A stretch of 63,595 nucleotides of DNA, filler included, from Reticulomyxa filosa (taxonomy: Eukaryota > Protista > Foraminifera), in the NCBI GenBank assembly GCA_000512085.1. It is 14 parts of 14 records of this genome, joined end to end, with 100 filler letters (N's around TTAATTAATTAA, not from the genome) between each part and the next. Parts side by side here need not be neighbours in the genome. Positions count along the whole stretch, not along the records: positions 24,838 to 26,381 come from ASPP01018813.1; positions 26,482 to 38,582 come from ASPP01008671.1; positions 38,683 to 40,317 come from ASPP01039585.1; 11 more parts are not named here. One strand, given 5' to 3'. Made by a program: the position numbers and the translations under genes. Positions 25,931 to 38,699 of the stretch are shown here, in pieces; position 1 is the first letter of the stretch; every line of letters starts with the position of its first letter. The notes beneath the pieces were generated by a model that saw nothing but the letters and a program-made list of their open reading frames with translations, ran no database searches and was not told the DNA's origin.

Positions 25931-26381
25931 AGTGATTTCAGCGTTGATTCAATATTTGTTTTTGTTATGTGACAATTTGCGTTGATTATTTTGGTTTTTT
26001 AATGTTTCAAATAAAAACAGCGTCTAATTATTGACAAAGTGTTTTTTTAATTCTTTAATTGTGTAATTTTTGCTTTTGGTGTTATTGTTGAACGTATTCG
26101 ATTAGGTGTTAATTATGCTATCGTTAGCAAATTTATTGGAGTTGCGACAGCAGTGTAGTATCCCTTTAACAAAACCATTCAACAGACGAATTTTTTAGAT
26201 TTAGTCCAATTTAATGATCCAACAGCAGAAGCAGCTTTAGAAAAAATTAAATTTCATCTTTGAGTAAGTCCAGATAGATTTAATATCATTTCAGCTTTCT
26301 TAAACGTTCAAAAAAAAAAAATCAATTAGTGTTTGTAATGTTTTGATGAATAAAAAATGTTTATGTTTCTGGAAAACTTAA

Positions 26382-26481
26382 NNNNNNNNNNNNNNNNNNN
26401 NNNNNNNNNNNNNNNNNNNNNNNNNTTAATTAATTAANNNNNNNNNNNNNNNNNNNNNNNNNNNNNNNNNNNNNNNNNNNN
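26382..26481. other. Artificial contig spacer
   Basis: N44-TTAATTAATTAA-N44. Confidence 0.98.
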
Positions 26482-26519
26482 AAAAAAAAAAAAAAAAATT
26501 AGTATCATCAGCAAATATT

Positions 26520-29500
26520 ATGACGAAACCAACCTCAATGTCGGCAACACCACCCCCGACTGTGTTGCAAAAGAATTCTAAACACATGCAAGCATTTGCC
26601 AACGTAGCGAATAATGCTAGCAGACAGGACCGAGTAATTGTGCACAAATTTCACGCTCGTCCGAAGGGCCATGAAGGAGACACGAAAGAACCTCGATCCG
26701 ATTATGACGATGGTCATGAAGAAGACGATGATGCTGATGATGAGGAAATTGATGGAGATGAAGGCAAAGGAAAGAACCTGCATTATCAACACCATCATCA
26801 AGCCCCGATTAAATTGATTCGCTATCATACCGCACCAGAGTACGTAACGCATCAAGTGAGTGATGATGCTATCACTCAACAACCCTCAGTCACGGTACAA
26901 AACCAGCCAAAGATGTTTCGTCATGGAGTTGGAAATCGAACCAGTCCATCTCATCCTTTTGATACGTATTCATGGTTCGATCCGATTCCTCAATTCAAAG
27001 AATATTCCAATTTTTATGAAGACACGTTTGATGATGGGCAGACTTCTCCACTTCCCGCTACGCAATTAGTTACAAACAAAAAAGTTTTTTTTTTCTCCCT
27101 CCCTTTCCTCCCCCTTTCTTACTTCGAAAATTTTCAAAACTTTTTTTTGTCTAAGTTTGCAAGACTGTGAACACAATAAATGAAAATAAATTATACAGAC
27201 ACCAACCTTCAATCGATCTCAACCCACTTTATTGAAACAACGCACAGCACCAGAGTTTGGAGGAGACGGTAATTTGTATATGTCTGCCTTCAAGGTCACC
27301 AGCGCTGACACTTTAGAAATGACAGCACTGCAAAGAAGGCAGTGGACAATTCAACAGCAACAGCAACATCAACATCAACAGCAACATCAGCATCAGCATC
27401 AGCATCAGCACCAGCATCAACATCAACAGCAGCGCCCCGGTTCGACTCTTGGAACAGGTTATTCCACCCATGCGCTGCAAACGCGACCGAATCGACTTGG
27501 TCCGGTGTCATCGCGCCCGAGACAACATTATCAACATCGGCCCGTTATGCACTCGCCATCGTCGACTACCAATAGTAACAACAACAACAACTCTCGCAAA
27601 ATGGAGCGTATTCATCACATTGCCAAGTTTTGCTTTACTTTACTTTTGGATGATACATGTGTATGTGTGTGTGACATGATTTCGATTATTTTTCCCACTC
27701 TATCAAACAATGATAGAATAAACAATGGAATAACCATTCAAATGCTATCGAAATTGTACGAAGAAAATTATGGCGAGGTATTGCCAGTAGACACGCAGTT
27801 GCTCAAAGAACTGGTACAATCTCCACGATTATTGCTCATGTCTCGAAAAGATACAAACGCGATGATGATATTTTATTCCGAGCAACACTTTTCGGATGTA
27901 CTTGTCGATATCTTTGCTCTGGCGCGAGAACAGCAACAACAGAAGCAACAGGACGAAAAGGAACCTTTTCATGAGATGGACGACGGAGTAATGACGATAC
28001 TTGTGTTTATAAGAGAGTTAGAAGCCTACTTGCATACCGACCTAAGCCAAGTGGACGTAATCAATTTCTTGAAAAGATATCGCGGAGTGGAGCTGATCGA
28101 AGAGGATGAAAACGATCCCATTCGTAACTTGATCCGATTGATCCCAACTGGAGAGTGCACTGTCTTGCTTGGCAACTTGTCGTTGGCCGTTACCGAGTCC
28201 GAAATTCGTGAGCTGTTGCAATTGATCAATCCGCACTGGACAAAACTGCGTATTCGCATTCTCAAAGACAATTCATTTGCTCATGTGTACATTGATTTCT
28301 TGTCTCTTAATGAAGCCGAAACCGCCATGACTCAAATCAAACGGAACAAGTTTTATACTCCACAAATACGCGTGGAACTTGAAAGCACTGTTGGTAATGT
28401 TTTGTTTTTTAAAAATTCTTCAAATTTTTTTCTTGTCGTGGCTATGTTTTTTTTTTTTGAAAAAAAACACTGCAACATAACAACAGGCCAAAAATCTCAA
28501 TTGAGTGACACAAAGCCATTGCTATCGAATATGACGAGCTCTGTTCAAGGTTTGCAGCAACGTGAAGAGCTTCCTAAAGAGGTCGGACAATCACTTGAGA
28601 AAAAAGAAAAGACAAAAAAATGATATCGAAGCGACAGAAGAAAAGGAAATGGATGAACAAGTTTGGCAAGGCCATGGAAATGCATCGCAACGACCCATGA
28701 AAAGCCATTCCAATTTTGATCGAATCACCCAAAATGTGTATCAAGTCATTCGTGCGAATGGTGGTCGCCTGCTCATGTCACAAATTGCGTCCAAATACAA
28801 AGAGATGTTTGACAAACCGCTTGACTTCGATGGCAATCCAAAGTATTTTGTGAAGATGGAACGATTGCTGTTATTGAATTGCAAAAACGAGTTTTGTAAT
28901 CTTTTTTTTTTTTTTTAAATCATACAAGTATACGTACACATGTACACTATGATGTAATATTTGTTATGTTTTCATTTGTCACAGTTCGCAAGATGTGGCT
29001 CTATATTATGCCCCACAGCCAGCACACAAATTGGTCGTCTCTATATTAAAGAAAAATGCGAAAAATTCGGGCACAGGAATGCCTATCAATGAGTTTCGGG
29101 AACAGTTGGAAAAACGAATGGGCTTGAGTTTAGACGACTGCGATTTAACCGATTTTTTGATGCGTTGGCGCTTTTTATCTGTTCGTGAAAATGTAGATAG
29201 CACAAAATCAGTGTTATTTACCCCTCACAATGGATCGACTGTGTTCTTTGGAAATTTGAACGAGTTATGTACTGAAGAGGACATCCGCAAGGATTTGGAA
29301 AAAGCAAATCAAAACTGGAAACACTTACCTGTTCGATTGAAATCCGGAAAAGGCTTTTCTTATGCTTTTGTGTTTAGAAATCGTCTCCTTTGCGACACAC
29401 TCTTTTGTTTTTTTGTTTTCATGACACGTTCCACAAACAAGCATTCATTCCTTTGTTGTCAGAAAGCTTGTACATACCTATAAATTACACATTCCACGAA

Positions 29501-30097
29501 ATTATCATAGCGATTTTCCAACACGTAATGATGCAAGACGTGCAGTCGAAATATTTGATGATAAGGCTGCATTTAAATCGACAAGTGTTTCTGCTGATAT
29601 TGAGGTCGTTGGGCAAAGAAAAAAACCACAAGACAATTCAAATGTTTCCACTGGCTTTCTTTCCACTGTTTGCGATCAGCGCCACGTAAATAACCAAACC
29701 AGCCACTCCATAAATGAAAACAGCACTGATACATTGGCCAGTTCGAACAAAAAATTGTCTCGCACAAAGGTTACGGTTTATTTGGGAAATTTAAAAAACT
29801 CGGTCACCAAACAACAAATCCTGAATGCCCTGGCAGAAATTCATCCAGAATGGCGTATTGTAACGATGCGATTGAATGTGAGAAGTGGCTGGAGTCATGC
29901 GTTTGTAGGTTTGTTATTGGTTGTATTTTGTGTTTCATGCGAGTTACTAAAAATGCATTGTTCTTTTTTATGTGTATTATTATTTTACGCTGATAGATTT
30001 TAACAGTGTCCATGAAGCAAAAGAATTAATCAGTTATTGGCACAACAGTCCTCATCCGTTGACTTTCACACGTTTACGTTGTGAAATCTCAAAATAA
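26520..30097 (+). CDS. Multi-exon RNA-binding protein: low-complexity Q/H N-region, about 4 LOTUS/OST-HTH-like domains and 3 RRMs
   Basis: RRMs: TVLLGNLSLAVTESEIRELL..HVYIDF, TVFFGNLNELCTEEDIRKDL..YAF|DF and TVYLGNLKNSVTKQQIL..HAFV|DF. Winged-helix motifs: GITIQMLSKLYEENYGEVL, GVMTILVFIRELEAYL, GGRLLMSQIASKYKEMFDKPLDF and GMPINEFREQLEKRMG. The stop TAA is at 30095-30097. Confidence 0.75.
27350..27432 (+). repeat. Coding (CAR-CAY)n QH dipeptide / poly-Q repeat
   Basis: QQQQQHQHQQQHQHQHQHQHQHQHQQQ. Confidence 0.9.
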
Positions 30098-30799
30098 TAA
30101 ATATATATATAATTTGCACACGTTTTTTCGATTTTTTTTTATTTTATTTCTTTTGGCCATCCAAAGAAACAATCACTTTCTGTTTTTGTTTATTTGGTGG
30201 AATCTGCATATTTCTATTTTCAGCGAAAGCGACAGATTGTAATTGGATATTTTCAATCCAATTTTTGATGTGTACATGTTTATTTTGATTTGTTTCGAAT
30301 TTGTTTGTTTTTTTTATTGATTTGTATTCGTATAAGTATTATTGTGCTTATACTACGTCATGCCGCTTGTGTTCATATTGTCATTTGCTTATCATTGCTT
30401 TTTGTCAGATTCGAGGAATTTCTTTGCTTTGGAGTGTAACCATTTTCCCTGATTTACACGTGACAATAGTTTAATTTTGTCTGAACGATTCAATTTTCTT
30501 TTTTTGTTTCTTCTCTCGATTCGTGTTATATTTTCGAGCAACTTTTTTTCCTAAATATGGTCCAATTAGTCCAGAATTTTGGGCTAACGTGAGCACTGAC
30601 AAAAGATGCAAAGCAAGAACAGATGACCATTTAAAGTGTCACGATTATCGAAAAAAAGTATTGGTAAAAAGGTAAAATAATCATAGACAGATGCTGCTTT
30701 AATGGATCTGCAAAAAAAAAAAAGGCAACAATCTCTTTGTCACAAATGGAAAAAGTTTTGAGTCGCTATTTTTTTTTTGCTATATCAAGAAGAAAATCA

Positions 30800-31434
30800 T
30801 TATCTTTTGCGACTGGCTTCCTCATACTTGCGAATGTCTCGATAAACTCTTATTATTGGAGGTGTAGACTCGTCGGTTTGAGTTGGAATCCGATGTTGAG
30901 TGCCTTGTTCTATGACACCATCGCATGAAGCTGAGTCTTCTATTTACACCCATGTAAAGAGAGAGAAGAAAGTACAGCATCGCCTGAGATTGTAATATTG
31001 AGAAACAACAAATCAAAGCAAAGTTGCAAAATTCAATGCATACCAAATGTAATTGCAGAAATTGGGATTTGTTTTTGTTGATCGACGATAATTTGAACTT
31101 TATTAACAATTTTTCCAAACCTGGAAAAATAGTTTGTTAAGTCTTGAATCTCAGGGACAAATTCTCTGTGAAATGAACAAATTATGGTGTTATCAAATGC
31201 GGTATGTTTTTTTGATTTTTGATCTTCTAATCCCAAGTAACTGGCCGGTATGTATCCTTTTCGATTGTTCCCCACTTCCACATATGCCCAGCCGTTTAAG
31301 TCGGGGTCCAAGTCTTTCACTAGTACTTTTTCCTCTCTTTTTACACTTAGTTCACTGCTGCTTGGTTCTCCAGCGAAATCATATATAACTGTCATCCACA
31401 CCCCCTCGCTCTCGTTTTTTGATCTCTCCATCAC
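30800..31434 (-). CDS. SH3 domain + RRM protein (intron about 30940-31042); start unresolved
   Basis: SH3 VIYDFAGEPSSSELSVKREEKVLV...GWAYV...KGYIPASYL, followed by the RRM DLTNYFSRFGKIVNKVQIIVD...SAITF|EDSASCDGVI...HRI...IIRVYR. Confidence 0.8.
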
Positions 31435-31689
31435 TGGAACAGCAATTTGTGTTGGCCCCTTTTTTTGTTTCTACTTTTTTCGAAAACAAGTTGTTTTTAA
31501 ACTAGTTAAAAGTAAGTGTAATACCCTGTAATGTTGTAATAAAATATGTCTTATCCGGTTCGAAAATAACAAGCAGCATCTTTAAAATGAATGATTTGAA
31601 TAGAAGCGAAACTTACTGCACAACAAAATTGTTTATTACTGTTTTTATTCCAAAAAATGCTCTAATAAATAAAAGTGTTTGCAATTGTA

Positions 31690-31846
31690 GAAAAAATGTT
31701 ATTTTTATCCACCTAAAAAAATCGATTTCATATTTAAAACTGCAATAATTGTAATATTTCAAATAGGATTATGTTGTCTTCATAGAGAATACAACTATTT
31801 TCATAAAATACTGTTTTAGATGTCCAGTTTTTTTGCAATATTGTAA
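31690..31846. repeat. Degenerate copy of the MITE-like repeat
   Basis: ATTTCATATTTAAAACTGCAA...GTTTTAGATGTCCAGTTTTTTTGCAATATTGTA resembles 40478-40621 and 42060-42146. Confidence 0.45.
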
Positions 31847-33582
31847 TATTTCTACTTTATTATTGCAAATTTTATAAAATTATCTTCTTTTCACTTTTCA
31901 CCGAGTTTATTAACAGTCACCTAGGTGCACAATCTTATGAATCTACATTTCCTCTTAGTGTGCATATTGATTATCAATATTATACTTTTTTACGTAATTT
32001 ATATTTATTTTTTATAATAAATTACCCAAAATAACAGGCTAATTCACGTTTTAAGAACAGAAGCAATCAAATTTCGAAGGTCAAGTAAAAGAGGCATCAA
32101 AATAACAATTTGTATGTATTTTAGTTTCATCTTTTAAAAGGTGCTTGTGTTTACTTAGTCGTAAACAGTAACAAGTTAGAAGATTTAGGACAACTTTTAA
32201 AACAGCATACAAAAATAAAATTTCTTAAATTTCACTGTAATTATTACACCAAAATAAACCAAATTTCGAAATCGAGTCAGAGTATCGGAATGAAAGATTT
32301 CATGTTGTTTTTTGTTTGTGCAGTCATACATGCTAAATTGATCACAGTCTCAAAAATTGCGTAAGTATTCACCTCCTTGTTACTGTACGTTATTGTATCA
32401 TTCAACGCTTGTATTGCAACGCACTACCAGTGTTACTAAAGCAAGAAAGTACTTGAACCTTTGACCCTAAAACTACTCCTTTTTCGCTTTCACCAAAAGT
32501 TTTTATTTTCTTCTTGTGTTGTGATTGATAATCATTTTCTTATTTCATTTATTTTGGTTTTTTGAAAACTAATTTCAGTAATGAAATTACTTTCGTATTA
32601 CACTTAAATAGTGCCACTCTTCTGACAAACTGGACCGCAAATATAGAAAAAAATGGTAAAAAGATTAGGGAAGACGAAAATCTCCCCGTCATTATTAATC
32701 AGTAAATCACATTTATAAGCTTGAATTGTCGACATGTTTTTCGTTTAAGTGTATGAAGTGCGCCAACCTGCACAAAATGTAATAAGAAAGTTACTGGTAT
32801 GAGATAAGAAGTATGTGGAAAAAGAGTCCCAAAATTTCTTCCAATACAGAAAATCTACCCTTGTAAGTATCTTTCAAGTGTTTTAAGACTTTTGCCCCTC
32901 TGTAGGAAGTAGCGATCAGAAAAACGTAATATCAAGTTAGAAACAAAATACAATAAACAAAATGAAAGAAAGACACAAACCAACAAACAAAGGAAACATA
33001 TGTAAAGATGATTATTTTCACACGAAAGAAGACTTGATGATCTATTAATAATTCGGAAATAATTCTGATTGAAATGAGGTTATTTTTAACTATAACTAGT
33101 CATATTTTATTGTGATATTTCGCTCCTGTATTAGTTATGACCAACAAAAGAGCGGTTTCCAGTTATGAAATTGTGGACAAATCAGAAAGGCGCCAAATTT
33201 GCACACCACAAAAAATAACCCCATCCCTCAAAAAAAAAGAATTCATAGAAAATAAAAACAAACAATGACATGTAAGGCTGCAATTCTGGTTTTTTGAACT
33301 CAAAAGAAATCACAACTTCGTCGTAAAGACAAAAAAAAAAGAAAATGGCATGAAAGGGATGTTACACATGAACTTTAAACACCAAAAAAACACCAAAAAA
33401 AAAACAATAAAGAAAAGAACAATAAACAACCCTCAATACGGAAAGAAAAAGATGCGTGTCTTGGAGAGAAACAAAGGAAACAAACTCCAAGGAGCAATAT
33501 ATAAAATATAATAAACAAAAGAAATGAACAAAGTTAAACAAAAAACAAATAAAAAAAGTAAAGATGGAAGAGATATTTGAAA

Positions 33583-36500
33583 TCAAAACTTTGTCTCAAC
33601 ATGGTCATAATCAAGGCCATTATCACTTTCGTTATCCGTGTCGTTATGCGTTAAAAAGTGAAAGTCTTCGGGCTTGATATCTTGATTGACCAGATATTGG
33701 CCCAATCCTCCGCCGCCATTCTCCTCACCCTGTTTTTTAAAAGATTATATAACAAACAAGAACATCACGAGTATGAAAAAAATTAGGAGCAATGCAAGCA
33801 ATAAAAATAATAGAGTTTAAAAACATACGCTCACCTGAATGTCTTCTAAAAGCTTTTCAGAGTGTTGGCTGTGCGAAGCGTTATCCGCGATATGAATTAA
33901 CGAGCGAAAGGATGAGTTTACAGTTCGAGCGAGCGCTTGCAAGCCACGAGGTGTGGTGTGTGCACTCATTGACAAAGCTTTTTTTGATATCTTTGGACTG
34001 TTTGTTTCATGAGTTCTTTCAAAATTGACAGGTGCAGTTGCCTTGGCACGTCGTAGTGGCTGTGCATGGACAGGTTTCGACTTGACCACTTTGGCCAATG
34101 CAGCGGAGTCATGAGTCATTGCAGGAGGAGCACTCGACTCTCGAACGCCCTCTTCTTTGGTCTTGTTCTCTTCTTCCACACTGTCGTTTTCTAGCGACTC
34201 CACGTCCATCTCCGACAGTTCCGAATGTTGCTTGGTTGGGAATATCTTGAATGGTGCGTTGGTGTTCAAGTTGTGAGGATAATCAAACGATTGCATCGAT
34301 ATTGGTGTAATCTGTCCACGCTTTTTACTCTTTTTTTTTTTTGTTTTTTTTTTGGATATACGTAGTTTACATTACCAATGGCAACACAAACAAAGCATAT
34401 TTATACTGCATTGTGCATACACATATATAAAGCAGGGCTCATGTCACGCTCATTCGCAAAATCAAAAGAAAAAAAAAGAAAAAATGAGAAGTGCTACCAA
34501 TATAATCCAACACTCGGTCATCACATATTGTATCATATATATGTGTATATAAATGTATAAATCTACACGCAACTACATCATCATCATTATAATTTTTAGC
34601 GGATACACTGCGAGACAAAACCACTGGTAACGAGGCTTGCACAAAATAATCGTCATTATTGACTTGTGTGGAAAGAGTCAAAGTGCTTGTATTATTGGCC
34701 GTTCGATGCAAATGGACTTCATCTTCGTTTTTTTGTCGTGTGGCTGTGCTCTTGGTTACTTGACTGTAACTTCTGGCAGAGGACGGATGTTGACTTTGTC
34801 GGGAAGGCTGCAGCTGAGTGATCGCAGAAGTGCTATTGGTAACTAACTTGGGTTTGAACTCTTTCCATTGCATAGTTGCATCCATCGTGTAAGCACGTTG
34901 TTCATGAATTGATTGGCAGCCATTGTTTTCCCTATTTTTTTAAGTATGAGCAATTTGAGAAAAATTGTGGTTTGTTTTGACAGAGAAACGAAACAATGGA
35001 TCGACAATATCCAAACAATCATGGATAGGCTCATGGGATGCATTTGCAGCGTCTTTGACCTTCAATGGTGTTGCAGGATTTGATTTGGACTGATACTTGG
35101 CCTGGTTTTTGATTGGTGGCAATTTGATGTCAGCGAGCTTCACACTGGCAAAATGACTCAAATGTAAATCCGCTGAGAAATATTTGTTGTTTTGTTTGTT
35201 TGCACCGACATCAACAATCCGTTTCAGCGGAATCGAAGACGGAAGTGGTAGCGGCAAATCAATTTCATCATCACCGTCACGATTTTCCTCCTCGTCCTCT
35301 TCGTCCTCATCATCATAGCTTTCTTCATCTTCATATTCGTCACACAACGCCATTACCAACCCAGTGCCATTGTTCTTGTTGCTGTCTGTGGGTGCCAATT
35401 CCAATGCTTCCATTTCTAAATTTATTTATTTTTTTTTTTTTGGCAACGTTTGTTGTATACACCCAAACAAACAAACAAACAAATAAATATGTACCTGCAA
35501 ATGTGTATGTATATGTTTGTAAGTATAATGTAACTGCCAAAATTACTTTGCAAATTAGACTCTTTCGAGTGACCCACAGCATGGATACGACTTTCCTTTT
35601 TCGGAGGAATTCTCACCGACCTCTGAATGTCCAGCACTCGACTATCGCGCATTTCGCGACTACTAACACGGTCTTGCAAGCCCAGCAGTTCGCTGGCTTT
35701 TGAGTACTGTATTTGCAGCTCGAGAGCCATTTGATTGATTGAAATCGGGACCATTTCGCCGCTGTATTTTGCGGTTAGACGATTCATTTGAGCACTAGCA
35801 TTAGTGCTATTGACCTCCTCCTCCTCCTCTTCTTCTTCGTCATCATCTTCCTCATTCACGTCTTCGTCTTCTTCTTCCAAAGTGTCTTTTTTTATTTCCT
35901 CCTCATCAGTAGTGTTCGCCTTGGCCAGGGTCTCATGATCAATACGCCGCTCTGGTGGGTGGACAGGTGGCACAGCGAGGATCTCGACGCTTTGAAGAGG
36001 ATTGGATTCCCACGACGAATTGGCAGTGGTGATCAGCTTGGGAACATTCTCCAAGTGCTCGGGCTCATTCGGTTTGGGAGGTCGTCGGGCGATGGGTAGC
36101 ACAGTGTCGTTCCATTGATTGGAAAAAAACACACCGACGTTGTAATGAGTGCTTCGACTTCCAAAAGAAAATTTACTAGTTACAAAAGAAGGTTCGGAAA
36201 GAGTGGACGGTGAGTAGACACGTCTCTGACCGGACCTGTTCCCATGTAACAATTGCGACAGCACCACGCAACAGCCGACCTCACTTGACTTACACTTCAC
36301 ACAGCTTTGCGTGGATGCGGATGCAAAACAGTTGCATTTGTGATATAACTTCCCTCGCTTTTGGAACAACAGGAACAAGCAGATGTTGCCTGCTGTCAGA
36401 TCGAACTGCGTCAGCGCAATGCTCGAAAAGTCCACACCTTGCGAAAACAAGTACACATAACTTATTATGCTGAACAATGCCTGGAAAAAGTATATTGTCA

Positions 36501-37369
36501 AATGTCTGTGCAAAAATTTTTGCGTTCGTTTTCGGTCTTTTTCGCACATGTGACGTAGCACTTGGTCTAATGTATGCCCATAGCCCTTTTTTTTTTTTTT
36601 TTGTATGTTAATTCGGTTTTTTTTTTTGGATGGCAGGAGAGAAGCTTAGCAACGAATTGCTCTACGTATACTTATTTGCAATTTGGACGTTTTTTTTTTT
36701 TTAAACGACTTTTTTTATTTTTAGATCACCTTCCAAAAGAGCATCACAAATCCAAAGCCATAAATAAAATCGCCCAATAACAAAAACAATAACAGTTCCC
36801 AAACTGGCACTGTGTAATGACACCATTTTTCGTGCTCACGATAACCTCCACTGGTTGTAAGCGTTAGTATCAAGCAAAAGACTGCACAGTTTGCGCCCTA
36901 ATAACACAAAGTTTGAATTGATGCAATTAATTTTTTTTTTATTTGTGTTTTGTTGGCTTTTAACTACTATATATGGAGCTCGTTTGACGACCCAACGCAA
37001 TTTGGAATGTAATACCGATGCCACTGCTCTGCCACGGATAACATAAAAGAACCAGATGCAAAATTTACTTATCCATCTACATATCAACCCAATAAGTGCC
37101 ACATTTCGACATAACTCGTTCAATTTTGTGTTCGATACTAAAAAATTGTAATTTAGGTTGTCATATTCAGATAATACAATATGTAGGACAAAAAACAATG
37201 TGCTACTTGTCCATGTCATTATCATAGACACCGTTACTATTAAAAACGCTGCAGGCACCTTGGTGCATTGGACTTTTCTTAAAAAGAACAATTCAACCAA
37301 CCAAACCAACAATAACAATGTATCTACACCATAAAATAAGAAGCAGGCGTAGACTTCAAAACGTGGCAT
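33583..37369 (-). CDS. Seven-transmembrane (GPCR-like) protein with a very long low-complexity cytoplasmic tail, multi-exon
   Basis: Seven hydrophobic segments: YACFLFYGVDTLLLLVWLVELFFL; AAFLIVTVSMIMTWTSSTLFFVLHIVL; CRNVALIGLICRWISKFCIWFFYVIR; APYIVGANCAVFCLILTLT; WELLLFLLGDFIYGFGFVMLFW (needs one homopolymer frameshift near 36828); TIYFFQALFSIISYVYLF; IALTQFDLTAGNICLFLLF. A Cys-rich segment and acidic/S-rich exons follow, ending ..DHVETKF* at 33583. Joining all the tail exons into one gene is inferred. Confidence 0.65.
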
Positions 37370-37719
37370 TTTCAAAACTAATGACTACGACGAGTACAAC
37401 TCCAAAAAAAGACTTCAAAGTTGCGTTTTAGACGTTTTTTTCTCTGTTTTTTCCTTTGGAGCCGTGCTCCGTTTTTGTACGAGTATTGTGTTGGTTTATG
37501 CCGACACCATTCCATTATATACACAGAGACACCAAAGGAACAGAAATGAAGACGAAAACCAAAGTTGGACGATAATTCCACATTTGTGCAATATGTTTCT
37601 TGTCGTAACCACGTGGCTGTCTTAATGTTTGATTTTAGAAAAATAAGTATACAACGCTGTAAGTTTAAAAAATGTTTTAATTTTACCTTTCATATTAATA
37701 GGAACTCATATAAGTAAAA

Positions 37720-38542
37720 ATGTCGACCCTAAGTATCACCTCATCTGGAAGCATTGTGTTGAAAGATTGGTTTTTAATCCCACAAAAAGGCGAATTTGTG
37801 AAAAAATATGGCGAAGCAGACGCTTCGGCCGTTCTTCTTTTCAACGACAATAACAAGGGAGAACCAATCGGGAGCATTCGTTACAAGAGTATCTTGGATG
37901 TGACAAAGACAGATTTCGGAGAAAAAAATGGCGATACTTTTCCGATTTTTAACGACTATAACAAAGTATTGGCAATTTGGAAAAAGGATCGTTCCGTCTA
38001 TTATTTGATCTTTGCGGACAAAGAAACACGACAGCATTGGGCTGACTTTCTCAAGGGGAAAGCCGACCCAGGCAGTTTTCGAGGGAAAACATTGCAAGTG
38101 CCGATCATGACTTCGACTAATCCAACCAGCAAAAGTTTTGTTATTTTTACTTTGTTTTCATATTTTTGCGTAATGTTTAAGTTTGATCTTTTTTTTTTTT
38201 TTTTTTGAAAACAACAAAAAACACGAACATATTTCACATAATAATCCAACTAACTAGACGATGGAAAGTCAAAGAAAACAATACAATTTCCCATTCCAGG
38301 TGTAATATTTCATCATTTTACCAATCGCATATACCGTGATCTCGTGAATCAAAGCTATGTCCGTCCATCACGACAAGATGCAACAAACAATGCAACAGAG
38401 AATAAATATGTTAATGTCTTCATCTCTCCCATCGGATCGTATGCGTTGTTGAACATCTTGTGGTGTGGAGCTGAAGTTGGTTCCAAGACTTATCAGCAGT
38501 TGCAACAATATTTGGCCAATATGCCAAAATATCAAGATCTCA
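37720..38542 (+). CDS. PH domain fused to a serpin-like N-terminus (exons 37720-38134 and 38258-~38542; truncated by contig end)
   Basis: PH: LKDWFLI...VKKY...VLLFND...PIGSIRYKSI..V...YYLIFADKETRQHWADFL. The phase-1 intron 38135-38257 joins in frame to FTNRIYRDLV...NVFISPIGSYALLNILWCGAEVGSKTYQQLQQYL, matching the serpin hA-s6B-hB-hC consensus. Confidence 0.7.
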
Positions 38543-38582
38543 GTTTTTGAAAGATCTTTTTTTTGTTTGTATAATAAATATG

Positions 38583-38682
38583 NNNNNNNNNNNNNNNNNN
38601 NNNNNNNNNNNNNNNNNNNNNNNNNNTTAATTAATTAANNNNNNNNNNNNNNNNNNNNNNNNNNNNNNNNNNNNNNNNNNNN
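38583..38682. other. Artificial contig spacer
   Basis: N44-TTAATTAATTAA-N44. Confidence 0.98.
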
Positions 38683-38699
38683 AAGAGGACAGACTCACA

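Noticed and set aside
37378-37581. 67-aa minus ORF between the 7TM and PH-serpin genes
   Set aside because: No recognisable motif. It is probably UTR or promoter sequence, although a uORF cannot be excluded.
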